A stretch of DNA of 63,925 nt. Origin: an uncultured Opitutaceae bacterium (GTDB taxonomy: Bacteria > Verrucomicrobiota > Verrucomicrobiia > Opitutales > Opitutaceae). Shown one piece after another: positions 21,211 through 30,957 of the stretch. The notes under the pieces were generated by a model. That model was not told the origin of the DNA. It saw only the letters and a program-made list of their open reading frames with translations, and searched no databases. Both the position numbers and the translations under genes were made by a program. Location of the stretch: the NCBI GenBank assembly GCA_964429385.1, contig CAYSBR010000022.1, positions 1 through 63,925 of the forward strand. The letters are read 5' to 3'. The first letter of the stretch is position 1, and every line of letters starts with the position of its first letter.

Positions 21211-22587
21211 ATGTCATCGGTGTTTCGTCTGTTTTGGGTCGTTGTGCTGCTGGGTGCGGTGGCCGTTGTCGCGGCTCCGGTCGGGGCGGATTTGATCGAG
21301 GCGGGGGATGTCCGGACCGACTACGGGGTGTTCTCCGTGGTGTTCTATTATGCGCCCGACCCGATGGCACCGACGCGGAAAACGGTGGCGGAGCTGAGAA
21401 AAGAACATCTGCCCGACGTGCCTTTGATTCGGAATGATGAAGAATCACAGGAACTGATGTTCCTCGGTTTGGCGGAGGAAGCGGCGCCCTTGGCGGAGTT
21501 TGTCCTGCCGTCGGATGATTACTTCACCCACTCGGGGCCGGGGATGACCCCGGCGGATGTGGCGGCCCTGCGGGCGACTTCGGTGGCGACCAATCTCGTC
21601 TTCGTCGTGCCGGTGGAGGAGGTGTGGATCAAGGCGCAGGCGTTCGAGACGCTGGTCCATGCGTTCGCGGAGGCGACCGGGGCCTACATCTGGGACAGCG
21701 CCACGCGGGAATGCTTCACGCGCGACGCCTGGCAGGCGATCCGGCTGCCGGGGGCGGCGACGGCGGTGCCGGACATCACCCGGCATATCACAATTCATTT
21801 TTACCAGCCGGAAGAGGAGAGCCCCCTGCTGCGGGCGGTCACGCTGGGCATGGAAAAGTTTGCGCTGCCCAATGTGGTGGTCGAGCGACTGCGTCCCGGC
21901 GAGAGCCAGGCGGTGGGCACGCTGATCAATCTCGTCTGCCAATCATTGGTCGAGCGTCCCTTCGTGCCACACCCGGCCCGCCATGTGGTCCGGATTGAGG
22001 ACATTGACAGCGAGGCTTTCCGGCAGGGGATCGGGCGTTTCCAGGGGGCCCATGCCACCGGGGAAATCACGCTGGTGTTGACCCGGGGCGGGCGCGACGA
22101 GGGCGATCCTGCGGGGCCCTTGATCGAGCTGGGATTTGGCGAGGCGCCCGGCGAGACTCTGGACGGGCGGCGGCAGGCCGCGCTGGCGGCATTGTTCGGA
22201 GCAACGGAGTCGTTGATCGCGATCGAACACGATGAAGGGTTGCTGGAGGCTTCGCGGCGGGCGCGGGAACGGCTGCCGGAGTTGCAGGCGATGTTTGGGC
22301 AAGGCCTCGGCCCGGGCGGGCGTCTGCTGGTCAAGGCGCCGTTTGCCACGGATGACGGCGAGGGCAATGAATGGATGTGGGTGGAGGTGACGCATTGGCC
22401 GGAGTCGGGGCCGCTCGTCGGGATTCTGCAGAATGATCCCGCGGCCATCGCGGAACTGTACGCGGGCATGCGGGTCGCGGTCGGGCTGGAGGATGTTTTT
22501 GACTACATCCTGCTTCGCCCGGACGGCTCGATGGAGGGGAACGAAACCGGGCGCATCCTGGAAGAGCGGGCGGCCGCGGTGGAGTGA
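21211..22587 (+). CDS. Secreted hypothetical protein with C-terminal DUF2314-like domain
   Basis: Signal peptide MSSVFRLFWVVVLLGAVAVVAAPV; C-terminal ...EWMWVEVTHWPESGPLVGILQNDP... resembles DUF2314. Confidence 0.5.
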   Translation: MSSVFRLFWVVVLLGAVAVVAAPVGADLIEAGDVRTDYGVFSVVFYYAPDPMAPTRKTVAELRKEHLPDVPLIRNDEESQELMFLGLAEEAAPLAEFVLPSDDYFTHSGPGMTPADVAALRATSVATNLVFVVPVEEVWIKAQAFETLVHAFAEATGAYIWDSATRECFTRDAWQAIRLPGAATAVPDITRHITIHFYQPEEESPLLRAVTLGMEKFALPNVVVERLRPGESQAVGTLINLVCQSLVERPFVPHPARHVVRIEDIDSEAFRQGIGRFQGAHATGEITLVLTRGGRDEGDPAGPLIELGFGEAPGETLDGRRQAALAALFGATESLIAIEHDEGLLEASRRARERLPELQAMFGQGLGPGGRLLVKAPFATDDGEGNEWMWVEVTHWPESGPLVGILQNDPAAIAELYAGMRVAVGLEDVFDYILLRPDGSMEGNETGRILEERAAAVE

Positions 22588-22814
22588 GTCGCGTGGGTTG
22601 ATTGCCGGCGCGTCGGGCTCCGTACCGAGGAAGGACGCAGGCGAGGGCCGGCGTTACAGGAGGTGACGAAGAAAACGGAGCGAAGCGGGACGAAGGCTCG
22701 AACGGTTCCAGGCCACCCTCATGGAGCCGCACGCGGGTAGGTGAACCGATTGAGGAATGCCAAAAGAGGAGACCGCCGGCGGGGTAGAGGGAGGGCCGAT
22801 CTCCGAGCGGCCCT

Positions 22815-22899
22815 CCACGGATGCGTTGCAGGTGCACAGGGGCTTGCTCGCCTTTGGCGAGTCGGGCCCTGCCTTCCGTCACTGCTTCGGGTAATTCTC
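22815..22899 (+). repeat. Repeat module B, copy 1 (85 bp; internal hairpin gctcgcc-ttt-ggcgagt)
   Basis: ~90% identical to 34810..34893. Confidence 0.8.
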
Positions 22900-22942
22900 C
22901 ATAAATGAACCCAATTTGGAAACGTTCGCGTAAGCAGAGTGG

Positions 22943-23021
22943 GGGTGGGCCGTGCGCTCCGCGCGCGGCAGGGATGGCGCTAACTCTTTCAAACCGCCGC
23001 GCGCGGAGCGCACGGCCCACC
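22943..23021. repeat. REP/MITE-like palindromic element, copy 1 (arms GGTGGGCCGTGCGCTCCGCGCGCGG / CCGCGCGCGGAGCGCACGGCCCACC, asymmetric loop ...TCTTTCAAACCGC); conserved tail to ~23090
   Basis: Five related copies in window, all between convergent genes. Confidence 0.85.
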
Positions 23022-23338
23022 TCGGCAAAGCCGACTGGAGCGGTTTAAGAAAAACCGCAGCCGGATGCAGTGATGAAAGCGTTGGCCCCAAAAAGGCCCA
23101 AAAAAGGTCGGGTTTTAGGTTCTGATTTTCACGCCTCTTTGCGCATGTGCGGGGACATGATTCACTACAAATTGCCCTATGAAAAATTCCTGGGGCGTTA
23201 GGCGCTGAAGGGTGACGCGAGGGGCCGCCCGCGGGCCGGCGGATAGGGGCGAGGCACGCATGTCCATGACCCAGCTTGGCCGTTTGCTTTTCGACGCTCT
23301 CTCGGGCTGAGATAAGTTTTGTCAGACGTAAGTGCTCC

Positions 23339-24334
23339 TTACGCCAGTTGCGTGCCTGGGATGAAAGGTTCGCCGCGCTGGCCATGCGCGATGTTTTCCA
23401 CGGTGACGCGGGCGATTTCACACAGGGCTTCGGCCGTGAGAAAGGCTTGGTGCGAGGTGATGAGCACGTTGGGAAAGGTCAGCAGCCGCGTGAGTTCATC
23501 ATCCTCCAGCACAGTGCCGGAGAGGTCCTCAAAAAATACGCCTTCCTCCTCTTCATAGACATCGAGCGCAACCCCGCCAAGATGGCGCGACTTTAGCGCG
23601 CCGATGAGCGCAGTGGTGTCCACGAGCTTGCCGCGGCTGGTGTTCACGAGGAAGGCTCCGGGCTTCATGTGCGCGAGGGTGTCCGCGTTGATGAGGTGAT
23701 GGGTCTCCGGCGTCAGCGGAGTGTGGAGTGAGACGATGTCGGCGGTCGCAAGAATTTCGCTCATCGGCGCATAGGTGATGCCGTGGGCGGCGGCCCAGGC
23801 GGCATCGGGTAGAGGATCGGTGGCGAGGACACGCGCGCCGAAGCCGCGGAAGATCTGCGCCGTGAGCCGGCCGATCTTGCCGGTGCCGATGATACCGACG
23901 GTTTTGCCGTACACATCGAAGCCCACGAGTCCGGCGAGGGAGAAGTTATGCTCGCGCACGCGGTTGTAGGCCCGGTGGATCCGGCGGTTGAGCGTCAGCA
24001 GCAGCGCGACGGTGTGCTCGGCCACGGCGTGCGGCGAATAGGCGGGCACGCGGGTGACCGCGAGGCCGAGGGCCTGGGCGGCGGCCAGGTCAATGTGGTT
24101 GAATCCGGCGCTGCGCAGGGCGATGTGGCGCACGCCGCCGGCGGCGAGTTTTTCGAGGCAGGCCCGGTCGAGCCGGTCGTTGACAAAGGCGCACACGGCG
24201 GTGGCGCCGTCCGCCGTCGTGACGGTGTCGGCCGTCAGGCGGAAATCATGAAAGCGCCATGTCTCGGTCGCGCCGGCGGCGGGGAAGTATTCCCGATCAT
24301 AAGGCTTGGTGTCGTAGAAGGCCACGGTGCTCAT
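23339..24334 (-). CDS. ldhA: D-lactate dehydrogenase / D-isomer-specific 2-hydroxyacid dehydrogenase
   Basis: 331 aa; NAD-binding GxGxxG (GIIGTGKIG), catalytic R/E/H, strong similarity pattern to fermentative LdhA. Confidence 0.85.
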   Translation of the reverse strand: MSTVAFYDTKPYDREYFPAAGATETWRFHDFRLTADTVTTADGATAVCAFVNDRLDRACLEKLAAGGVRHIALRSAGFNHIDLAAAQALGLAVTRVPAYSPHAVAEHTVALLLTLNRRIHRAYNRVREHNFSLAGLVGFDVYGKTVGIIGTGKIGRLTAQIFRGFGARVLATDPLPDAAWAAAHGITYAPMSEILATADIVSLHTPLTPETHHLINADTLAHMKPGAFLVNTSRGKLVDTTALIGALKSRHLGGVALDVYEEEEGVFFEDLSGTVLEDDELTRLLTFPNVLITSHQAFLTAEALCEIARVTVENIAHGQRGEPFIPGTQLA

Positions 24335-24518
24335 GCGGCCAGCGTGGCGGAAATCCGCGCGCGCGTCAGCGCAGGATTTGGCAAAACCTGTGCAAATGTG
24401 GCTGCCGCGGACGGGTTAATAAATCATCGCGAAGGACACGAAGAACGCAAAGCCGGGCCTGCCCTTTGTGCTTTTCGCGCCCTTCGCGGTTAAAGCCGAC
24501 CGAGCGGGAGAGAAACAC

Positions 24519-25091
24519 TTACCGCAGCCTGGCGCAGTCGGCGTGGCGGGGGCAGGAGACGAGGTGGTCGTTGACCATGCCGCTGGCCTGCATGAAGGCA
24601 TAGCAGATGGTGGAGCCGACGAATTTGAAGCCTCGCTTCAGCAGGTCCTTGCTCAAGGCATCGCTTTCCGGCGTGCGCGCCGGCACATCGGTGGGCGACC
24701 GGCGGCGGTTGACGATGGGTTGGCCGCCGACGAAGCCCCACAGATAACGGTCAAAGGAACCGAACTCCTTCCGCACCGCGAGATAGGCGCGGGCATTGCC
24801 GAGGGTGGCAGCGATCTTGAGACGATTGCGCACGATGCCGGGGTCGGCGAGAAGCGCGGCGACCTTCCGGTCATTGTAGCGGATGATCTTGCGCGCGTCG
24901 AAGCCATCGAAGGCCCGCCGGTAGTTTTCGCGCTTGTTGAGGATCGTGCTCCAGCTCAGTCCGGCCTGGGCGCCTTCGAGAATAAGCAGCTCGAAGAGAG
25001 CGCGGTCGTCATGCAACGGCACACCCCACTCGTGGTCGTGGTAGGCGATGTCGAGTTCGGTCTTGGGCCAGGGGCAGCGGGCGGATTTCAT
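24519..25091 (-). CDS. tag: DNA-3-methyladenine glycosylase I
   Basis: 190 aa; RCPW...YHDHEWGVP, zinc-binding C..H...H..C pattern typical of Tag. Confidence 0.9.
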   Translation of the reverse strand: MKSARCPWPKTELDIAYHDHEWGVPLHDDRALFELLILEGAQAGLSWSTILNKRENYRRAFDGFDARKIIRYNDRKVAALLADPGIVRNRLKIAATLGNARAYLAVRKEFGSFDRYLWGFVGGQPIVNRRRSPTDVPARTPESDALSKDLLKRGFKFVGSTICYAFMQASGMVNDHLVSCPRHADCARLR

Positions 25092-25309
25092 AAGGGTGAT
25101 ACTCTACCTGCCGACCTGACAGCCTCCTGTCAGGAGCCTTTTGCAATCTCTCTGAGCCTTGATGGGAGCGGGGAGCAAGGAGCTTGGGGCAAGGAGAGGG
25201 GGAATTGCAGACGGTTTTAACCGTGTTTTGAGCGATACGATATTCCGACAGGGATACGTAGGCGCACAAAGGGGAAAGCCTGGTTGGTCATGGGTAACCG
25301 CCTGAAAGG

Positions 25310-25383
25310 GGGACCGGGCGCTCCGCGCGCGGCAGGGCTGCGTTTATCTTTTCAAACCGCCGCGCGCGGAGCGCCCGGCCCAC
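25310..25383. repeat. REP/MITE-like palindromic element, copy 2 (with compensatory arm changes gggcgctc/gagcgccc); tail to ~25430
   Basis: Same arms/loop as copy 1. Confidence 0.8.
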
Positions 25384-25578
25384 CTTGGCAAAGTCACCGA
25401 ACGGATTCCGCGATGAAATCGTTGGCCACAAGCAGGCTCTAAAATGCATCAAAAGATCGGATCTTTAAGGACTTATTTTTTGTGCCTTTGGGCGCCTCTT
25501 TGTGGCCAAACTCAATTGGCATCGCGCTGGCGGTGTTGCGTGCGGCTCACTCCGGATTGATCCTGATCGTCCCAAATG

Positions 25579-26076
25579 TTAATCGCGGGCGGAGAGCAGG
25601 TCTTTGAGATCGAGCGGCCGGGTGTGCATGGCGAGTTCGCCGGCGGGTGTGCGGGGCCATTGTTCCGGCGGGCGGTCGCGGTAGAGTTCGACGCCGTTTT
25701 CATCGGGATCGCGCAGGTAGAGCGCCTCGCTGACGCCGTGGTCGGAAGCCCCGTCGAGAGGGATTTTTGCCGCGATCAGCCGGCGGAGGGCATCGGCCAG
25801 GGCGGCACGGGTCGGGTAGAGAATGGCGGTGTGATAAAGTCCGGTGTGGCCGGGCGGGGGCGGCGTGCCGCCGAGGCTTTCCCACGTGTTGAGCCCGAGG
25901 TGATGATGATAGCCGCCGGCGGAGATAAACGCCGCCTGATCGCCGTATTTCTGCATCAACTGAAAGCCGAGCACGTCGCAGTAAAACTCCAGCGCACGAT
26001 CAAGGTCGGCGACCTTCAGATGAACATGCCCGATCCGGGTGCCGGGATGAAGGGAGGGTGAAGCGGACATGTCCAC
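25579..26076 (-). CDS. VOC-family (glyoxalase/extradiol dioxygenase fold) protein
   Basis: IGHVHLKVADLDRALEFYCDVLGF, metal ligands H/H/E pattern; ~160 aa. Confidence 0.7.
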   Translation of the reverse strand: MDMSASPSLHPGTRIGHVHLKVADLDRALEFYCDVLGFQLMQKYGDQAAFISAGGYHHHLGLNTWESLGGTPPPPGHTGLYHTAILYPTRAALADALRRLIAAKIPLDGASDHGVSEALYLRDPDENGVELYRDRPPEQWPRTPAGELAMHTRPLDLKDLLSARD

Positions 26077-26131
26077 AGCATGCGCCGAACGGCTGGAAAT
26101 GCAAAACCAGCCGTCGGTGGAAATGATGGCG

Positions 26132-27355
26132 CTACTTCGCCGCGTGCTCCGCTACGGTGCGGATGGCGCGGGCGACTTTTTCGATGTAGGCGTCGGACAT
26201 GGCTTCGTTGATCGGGAGGGTGACGCCGTCGGCGAGGATGGCTTCGGCGACGGGGCAGCTGACCCGGGTGTAGTCCATGGTGGTGAGGCCGAAGTCGCGG
26301 ACGGGCCAGGTGCCGCCGAAGAAGTTGTGGTTTTGGAACACCTTGTAGCGATACACGGGCATGGGAATGTAGCCGGCGTTGGCGGCGACGCCCTGGGCCT
26401 TGAGCGCGGCCACGAAGTCGGCGCGCGTGGTCTTGAGGACGGAGAGGTCGAGCCGCAGGAAGTAGAACCAGTAGCTGTGATAATCGCCCTCGCGGGTGAC
26501 GGGCGGGAGCACGCCGGGGAGGTTCTGGAGGCGTTCGGTGAGGAGCGAGCCGGCGCGGTGGCGACGGCTGACGATGTCTTCCAGTTTGCCGAGCTGGGCG
26601 GTGGCGACGGCGGACTGGGGCTCGCTCATGCGGTAGTTGGCGGCGAGTTCGTCGGGATCGCGTGAGCCGGTGACGCGGTCGTAGCATTTGTCGCCCCACT
26701 TGGAGAGGCCGGCGCCGAGGTCGTCGCGATTGGTGCCGACGAGGCCGCCGTCGCCGCAGGCGATGTGCTTGAAGTCGTTCAGGGAATAGCAGCCGAAATC
26801 ACCCATGAGGCCGACGGGGGTGCCGCGGTGCTTCGCGCCCCAGGCCTGCGCGCAGTCTTCGATGACGGCGAGGCCGTGCTCGCGGGCGAGGGCGGTGATC
26901 GCGGTCAGGTCGCAGGGGTTGCCGGTGAGGTGCACGACCATGATGGCGCGGGTCTTCGGCGTGAGGGCGCGGCGGATGGCGGCGGGATCGGAATTGTAGG
27001 TGCGCGGGTCGAGGTCGGTGAAGACGGGGACGCCCTGCTGGAAAAGAATGCCGATGACGGAGCCCATGTCGGTGATGGGCGAGACGATCACTTCCTCGCC
27101 GGGCTTGAGCCGCAGCGCGGCGACGGCGACGTGCAGCGCGGCGGAGCCGGAGGAGGTGGGGAAGAGGTGCTTGAGCGGATAGTGCCGGCGGAAGTCGGTG
27201 AGCAGCGCATTGGTCTGCGGTCCGTTCCAGTAAAACAGGGATTTTTGCCGGACCATCTCGATGAGCCGGGCGAGTTCGGCGTCGCCCCAGCGCACGGGCT
27301 GGGGAACGGGTTCATCAACGATGGGGCTCAGGACGGGAGGAGTGGAGGTGGACAT
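26132..27355 (-). CDS. DegT/DnrJ/EryC1/StrS-family PLP-dependent aminotransferase
   Basis: 407 aa; PLP-lysine context (SLNDFKHIACGDGGLV), family-wide N-terminal and ...EDCAQAWGA... blocks. Confidence 0.85.
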   Translation of the reverse strand: MSTSTPPVLSPIVDEPVPQPVRWGDAELARLIEMVRQKSLFYWNGPQTNALLTDFRRHYPLKHLFPTSSGSAALHVAVAALRLKPGEEVIVSPITDMGSVIGILFQQGVPVFTDLDPRTYNSDPAAIRRALTPKTRAIMVVHLTGNPCDLTAITALAREHGLAVIEDCAQAWGAKHRGTPVGLMGDFGCYSLNDFKHIACGDGGLVGTNRDDLGAGLSKWGDKCYDRVTGSRDPDELAANYRMSEPQSAVATAQLGKLEDIVSRRHRAGSLLTERLQNLPGVLPPVTREGDYHSYWFYFLRLDLSVLKTTRADFVAALKAQGVAANAGYIPMPVYRYKVFQNHNFFGGTWPVRDFGLTTMDYTRVSCPVAEAILADGVTLPINEAMSDAYIEKVARAIRTVAEHAAK

Positions 27356-27475
27356 GAGTGAAAAAGGTTTTTAGCCACAGAGGGCACGGATAATCGCAGA
27401 TGAGATAACAGCGGTGAGGCGGCGAAAGCGCAGGGCTAATCTGGGTCCTTTGTGCCCAGCTGTGGCTGAGTCTGA

Positions 27476-28231
27476 TTAGAGATTGAAGAAGCGGCGGGCG
27501 TTTTCCGCGCCGATCAGGGTTTTGGTTTTGGCGGGGATGGGCGCGAGGCGGAGTTTGTCGGCCTGGGCGCGGGTGGAAAGGAGGGGCGTATTGGTGCCGA
27601 GCATGAGGCGGCGGGCGGGTATCACGGTGAGCAGGTCGTTCACAGTGTCGGCCCACTCGCAAAAGGCGATGTCGGCGGAGAAGTTGGCGTGCTCGGCGGC
27701 GAGGGCCTTCAGGTCGGGGCGATACAAACCGGTGAGAAGAACGGAATGATCGGGGAAGCGGGCGAGGAAGCGGGCAATGTCGGGATTGGGCACGCCTTTG
27801 ATCCGCAGAGCGAAGTAGCGGTGGCGTTCGTCCTGCAGGCGGACGTTGACGATGAGCTTGAGGCCGGCCTGGGCGAGCGCGCTCATGAAGGGATCGAGGG
27901 CGCGCGCGGTGAGCCGGTAGTTGTGGTAGTTGGGGAAAATTTTGACGGCGCGGAGGGGAGCGGCGGCCTGGCAGGCGGCGAGTTGTTCCGCCCAGTTGGG
28001 CAGCGCGGGGTTGAGGACCGGGACGGGCAGGAGCGCGGGGGTGCGGCGGACCGCGGCGAAGAGCGCGATGTTGGCCGGCATGGGATCGGGCAGAAAAACC
28101 GCGCCGAGGGGCGAGACGAGCGCGCGGCGAATGCCGCTGGCCGCGAGGTGGGTGGCGAGGGCGGGGGCGGTGCGCGCCGGCAGCGGGGCGAAAGGCCAGG
28201 GGCCCAAGTGTGCGTTGGTGTCAATGAGCAT
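27476..28231 (-). CDS. Amidohydrolase-2 (TIM-barrel metal-dependent hydrolase) family protein
   Basis: MLIDTNAHLGPW... start typical of Amidohydro_2; 251 aa. Confidence 0.6.
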   Translation of the reverse strand: MLIDTNAHLGPWPFAPLPARTAPALATHLAASGIRRALVSPLGAVFLPDPMPANIALFAAVRRTPALLPVPVLNPALPNWAEQLAACQAAAPLRAVKIFPNYHNYRLTARALDPFMSALAQAGLKLIVNVRLQDERHRYFALRIKGVPNPDIARFLARFPDHSVLLTGLYRPDLKALAAEHANFSADIAFCEWADTVNDLLTVIPARRLMLGTNTPLLSTRAQADKLRLAPIPAKTKTLIGAENARRFFNL

Positions 28232-28239
28232 GGCGCGGT

Positions 28240-29016
28240 TCAGGCAAGCGGGAGGTTCAGGAGCCGGGCGGTGTTGGCGAAGAGGATTTTTTGCCGCACC
28301 GCGGCCGGGATGCCGGCGCCGAGGATACGGCCGATGGTCACGCTGTTTTCGCGGATGGGGAGATCGGAGCCGTAGAGGAGCCGGTCGGGGCCGAGGTGTT
28401 CGACGGCGTATTCGACGAGGCCTTCCTCCGGATAACCGCCGGAGGTGTCCACATAGAGATTGGGCAGGGCCTTGGCCTCCAGCACACCGCGGAAACCGAT
28501 GCCGGTGAGGTGGGCCATGATGATTTTCACATCGGGATGGCGGCGGGCGAAGCCTGCGGTGTCGGCGGGGTCGCTCTGCCGCCGCCGGTCGCGGATGACC
28601 GTGGTGCTCCAGCTGTGCTGGAGGACGACGAGGTTGAAGGCGCGCGCGGCCTTGGCGATGTGGCGCATGCAGGGGTGGGCGGCATTGTTGGCGATCTCGA
28701 GTTTGATGCCGCGGAAGCCGGGCAGGGCGGCGCAGCGTTCGGCCTCGGCCATGACCGCGCGTTCGCCGAGCAGGGGATTGAGATAGACGAAGGCGGTGAA
28801 GTAGTCCGGATGCTCGCGGGCGAGCCGGGCGTTTTCGTCGTTGAGGATGCGCAGCTGCGCGGCATCGGGCGCGTCGCCGTAGCGCAGGACGTCGCCGAGC
28901 GCGATCATGTGCTCGATGCCGAGGCGGCGGCCGGAGGCGATGAGGCGGCGGACTTCGCCGGGCTGACGGCCCGCTTCGAAAAACACGGGGTGGGTGTGGA
29001 CATCAATGATGCGCAT
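28240..29016 (-). CDS. Amidohydrolase-2 family protein (second paralog)
   Basis: MRIIDVHTHP... start, DTSGG/HxH metal-ligand pattern; ATG at 29016 preferred over upstream TTG at 29043. Confidence 0.65.
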   Translation of the reverse strand: MRIIDVHTHPVFFEAGRQPGEVRRLIASGRRLGIEHMIALGDVLRYGDAPDAAQLRILNDENARLAREHPDYFTAFVYLNPLLGERAVMAEAERCAALPGFRGIKLEIANNAAHPCMRHIAKAARAFNLVVLQHSWSTTVIRDRRRQSDPADTAGFARRHPDVKIIMAHLTGIGFRGVLEAKALPNLYVDTSGGYPEEGLVEYAVEHLGPDRLLYGSDLPIRENSVTIGRILGAGIPAAVRQKILFANTARLLNLPLA

Positions 29017-29081
29017 GGGGCGGGAAATCCGGAGTAGGCTCAAGGGAACGGAGTGACAAGCGCGGGGAATGCGCCTAACGG

Positions 29082-29729
29082 GTGGAGGCGATGGCCAAGA
29101 AGACCGCGAAAGCCCCCGTCCCGCGCCTCCCCGCGCGCGACCGTCTGTTGCGCGCGGCGATGACGCGCTTTGCGCGGGCCGGCTACGATGGCACGACGGT
29201 GGACGAGATCGTGGCGGCGGCGCGGGTCAACAAGCGCATGGTCTATCACTATTTTGGCGACAAGGAGCGGCTGTATCATGCGGTGCTGGCCGAGGCCTAC
29301 CGTTCGCTGGAGCTGGTGGAGATCGATGCGCTCGCGCACACGGCGGGCATTGATGCGCTGACCGCCGAGATCGTGCGTACGTATTTCGATTTCCTGGAGA
29401 ACCATCCCGAGTTCGTGCGGCTGCTGCTGTGGGAAAACCTCAACGACGGGCGGGGGCTGGCGAAGGCCGATTTCCGACTGAGCAAGGATCCGATGCTGAC
29501 GGCGCTCAACCGGTTGTTGCGCGACGGGATCGCGGCGGGGCAGATCCGCGCCGACATGGATGCGCGCTACCTGCTGATCAGCCTCATCGGGCTGTGTCTG
29601 GTTTACAGTTCCAACCGCTTCACGCTCTCGCAGTCGCTGCGGCTGGACCTCGGCTCCGCCGCGGTGCGCGCGACCGGCATCGCGCATATCACGCGTCTGC
29701 TGCTCGACGGGATCAAGGCGCGGCCCTGA
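29082..29729 (+). CDS. TetR/AcrR-family transcriptional regulator
   Basis: N-terminal HTH (RLLRAAMTRFARAGYDGTTVDEIVAAARVNKRMVYHYFGDKERLY). Confidence 0.85.
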   Translation: MEAMAKKTAKAPVPRLPARDRLLRAAMTRFARAGYDGTTVDEIVAAARVNKRMVYHYFGDKERLYHAVLAEAYRSLELVEIDALAHTAGIDALTAEIVRTYFDFLENHPEFVRLLLWENLNDGRGLAKADFRLSKDPMLTALNRLLRDGIAAGQIRADMDARYLLISLIGLCLVYSSNRFTLSQSLRLDLGSAAVRATGIAHITRLLLDGIKARP

Positions 29730-29911
29730 GCGGGCGGCGCGGAGCCGTCGCGGGCCGGGGGAAACGGGAGCTGCCGGGGTTGCCGCCACGCGGGGAATCC
29801 TGCGGCTGTCCGGAGGATGAAGCGAGCCGAAAGTAACTAAAGGGTTACTTGGGGTTTGACCTTGGGCCCGGCCCGGCCTGTATGCAGGGCAGGCCCGGCG
29901 CGGCCCCTCTT

Positions 29912-30955
29912 ATGAATCCCCTGCCTCCCCCCCAGACCGATCACGAGATTGAGACCCTGCTTTCGCAGCCCACGCCGGGCGCGATCGCGACCGCGCAACG
30001 TCTGGAGGGCGACTGCATGGTGCTGGGCGTGGGCGGCAAGATGGGCACGTCACTGGCGGTGATGCTGCGGCGCGCGCTGGATGCGGCGGGGAAGGGCGGC
30101 GTGAAGGTTTACGGGGTGTCGCGTTTCAGCCGGCCGTCGGCCAAGACCGAGCTGGAGAAATTCGGCATCACGCCGATCGCCTGCGATCTGGCCGATCCCG
30201 ATCAGGTGGCGCAACTGCCCGAGGTGCCCAATGTCGAATACCTCGCGGGGCAGAAGTTCGGCACCGATGGCGCGCCGGACGAGACCTGGATCCAGAACAC
30301 CGTGGTGCCCTCGCTGGTCGCGCGGAAGTTCCGCGCGTCGCGCATCGTCGTCTTTTCCACCGGGTGCGTCTATCCCTTCATGCCGACGGCGGGCGTCCAT
30401 CGCGGGGCGACGGAGCAGACGCCGGTGACCTTTCTTGGCGAATACGCCAGCACCTGCGTGGGGCGCGAGCGCGTCTTCACGCACTATGCGCGCAAATACG
30501 GCACCCCGCAGCTGATCTACCGGCTCAACTATTCGGTCGAGCTGCGCTATGGCGTGCTGGTGGACATCGCGACGCGCATCCTCGCGGGGGAGCCGGTGGA
30601 TGTGACCATGGGTTACTTTAACCTCATCTGGCAGGGCGATGCCTGCGCGCGTGCCATCCAGTGCCTTGAGCACACGGCGAATCCGCCAAAAATTCTGAAC
30701 ATCACCGGGCCGGAAAAACTTTCCATCCGCATGATCGCGGAGAATTTCGGCCGCCTGCTCGACCGGCCGGTGACGCTCACGGGGCAGGAGGCCGAGGCGG
30801 CCTGGATCGCCGATGCCAGCGAGTCGATCCGCCTGTTTGGTCCGGTGACCGTGTCGCTGGAGGCCATGATGCGGATGGTGGCCGGTTATCTGCAGGCCGG
30901 CGGCAAGCTGCTCGGCAAACCCACTCATTTCGAAACCCGCGACGGCAAATTCTGA
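29912..30955 (+). CDS. NAD-dependent epimerase/dehydratase (SDR-extended) family protein
   Basis: Rossmann GVGGKMG, extended-SDR layout, ~345 aa. Confidence 0.65.
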   Translation: MNPLPPPQTDHEIETLLSQPTPGAIATAQRLEGDCMVLGVGGKMGTSLAVMLRRALDAAGKGGVKVYGVSRFSRPSAKTELEKFGITPIACDLADPDQVAQLPEVPNVEYLAGQKFGTDGAPDETWIQNTVVPSLVARKFRASRIVVFSTGCVYPFMPTAGVHRGATEQTPVTFLGEYASTCVGRERVFTHYARKYGTPQLIYRLNYSVELRYGVLVDIATRILAGEPVDVTMGYFNLIWQGDACARAIQCLEHTANPPKILNITGPEKLSIRMIAENFGRLLDRPVTLTGQEAEAAWIADASESIRLFGPVTVSLEAMMRMVAGYLQAGGKLLGKPTHFETRDGKF

Positions 30956-30957
30956 CC

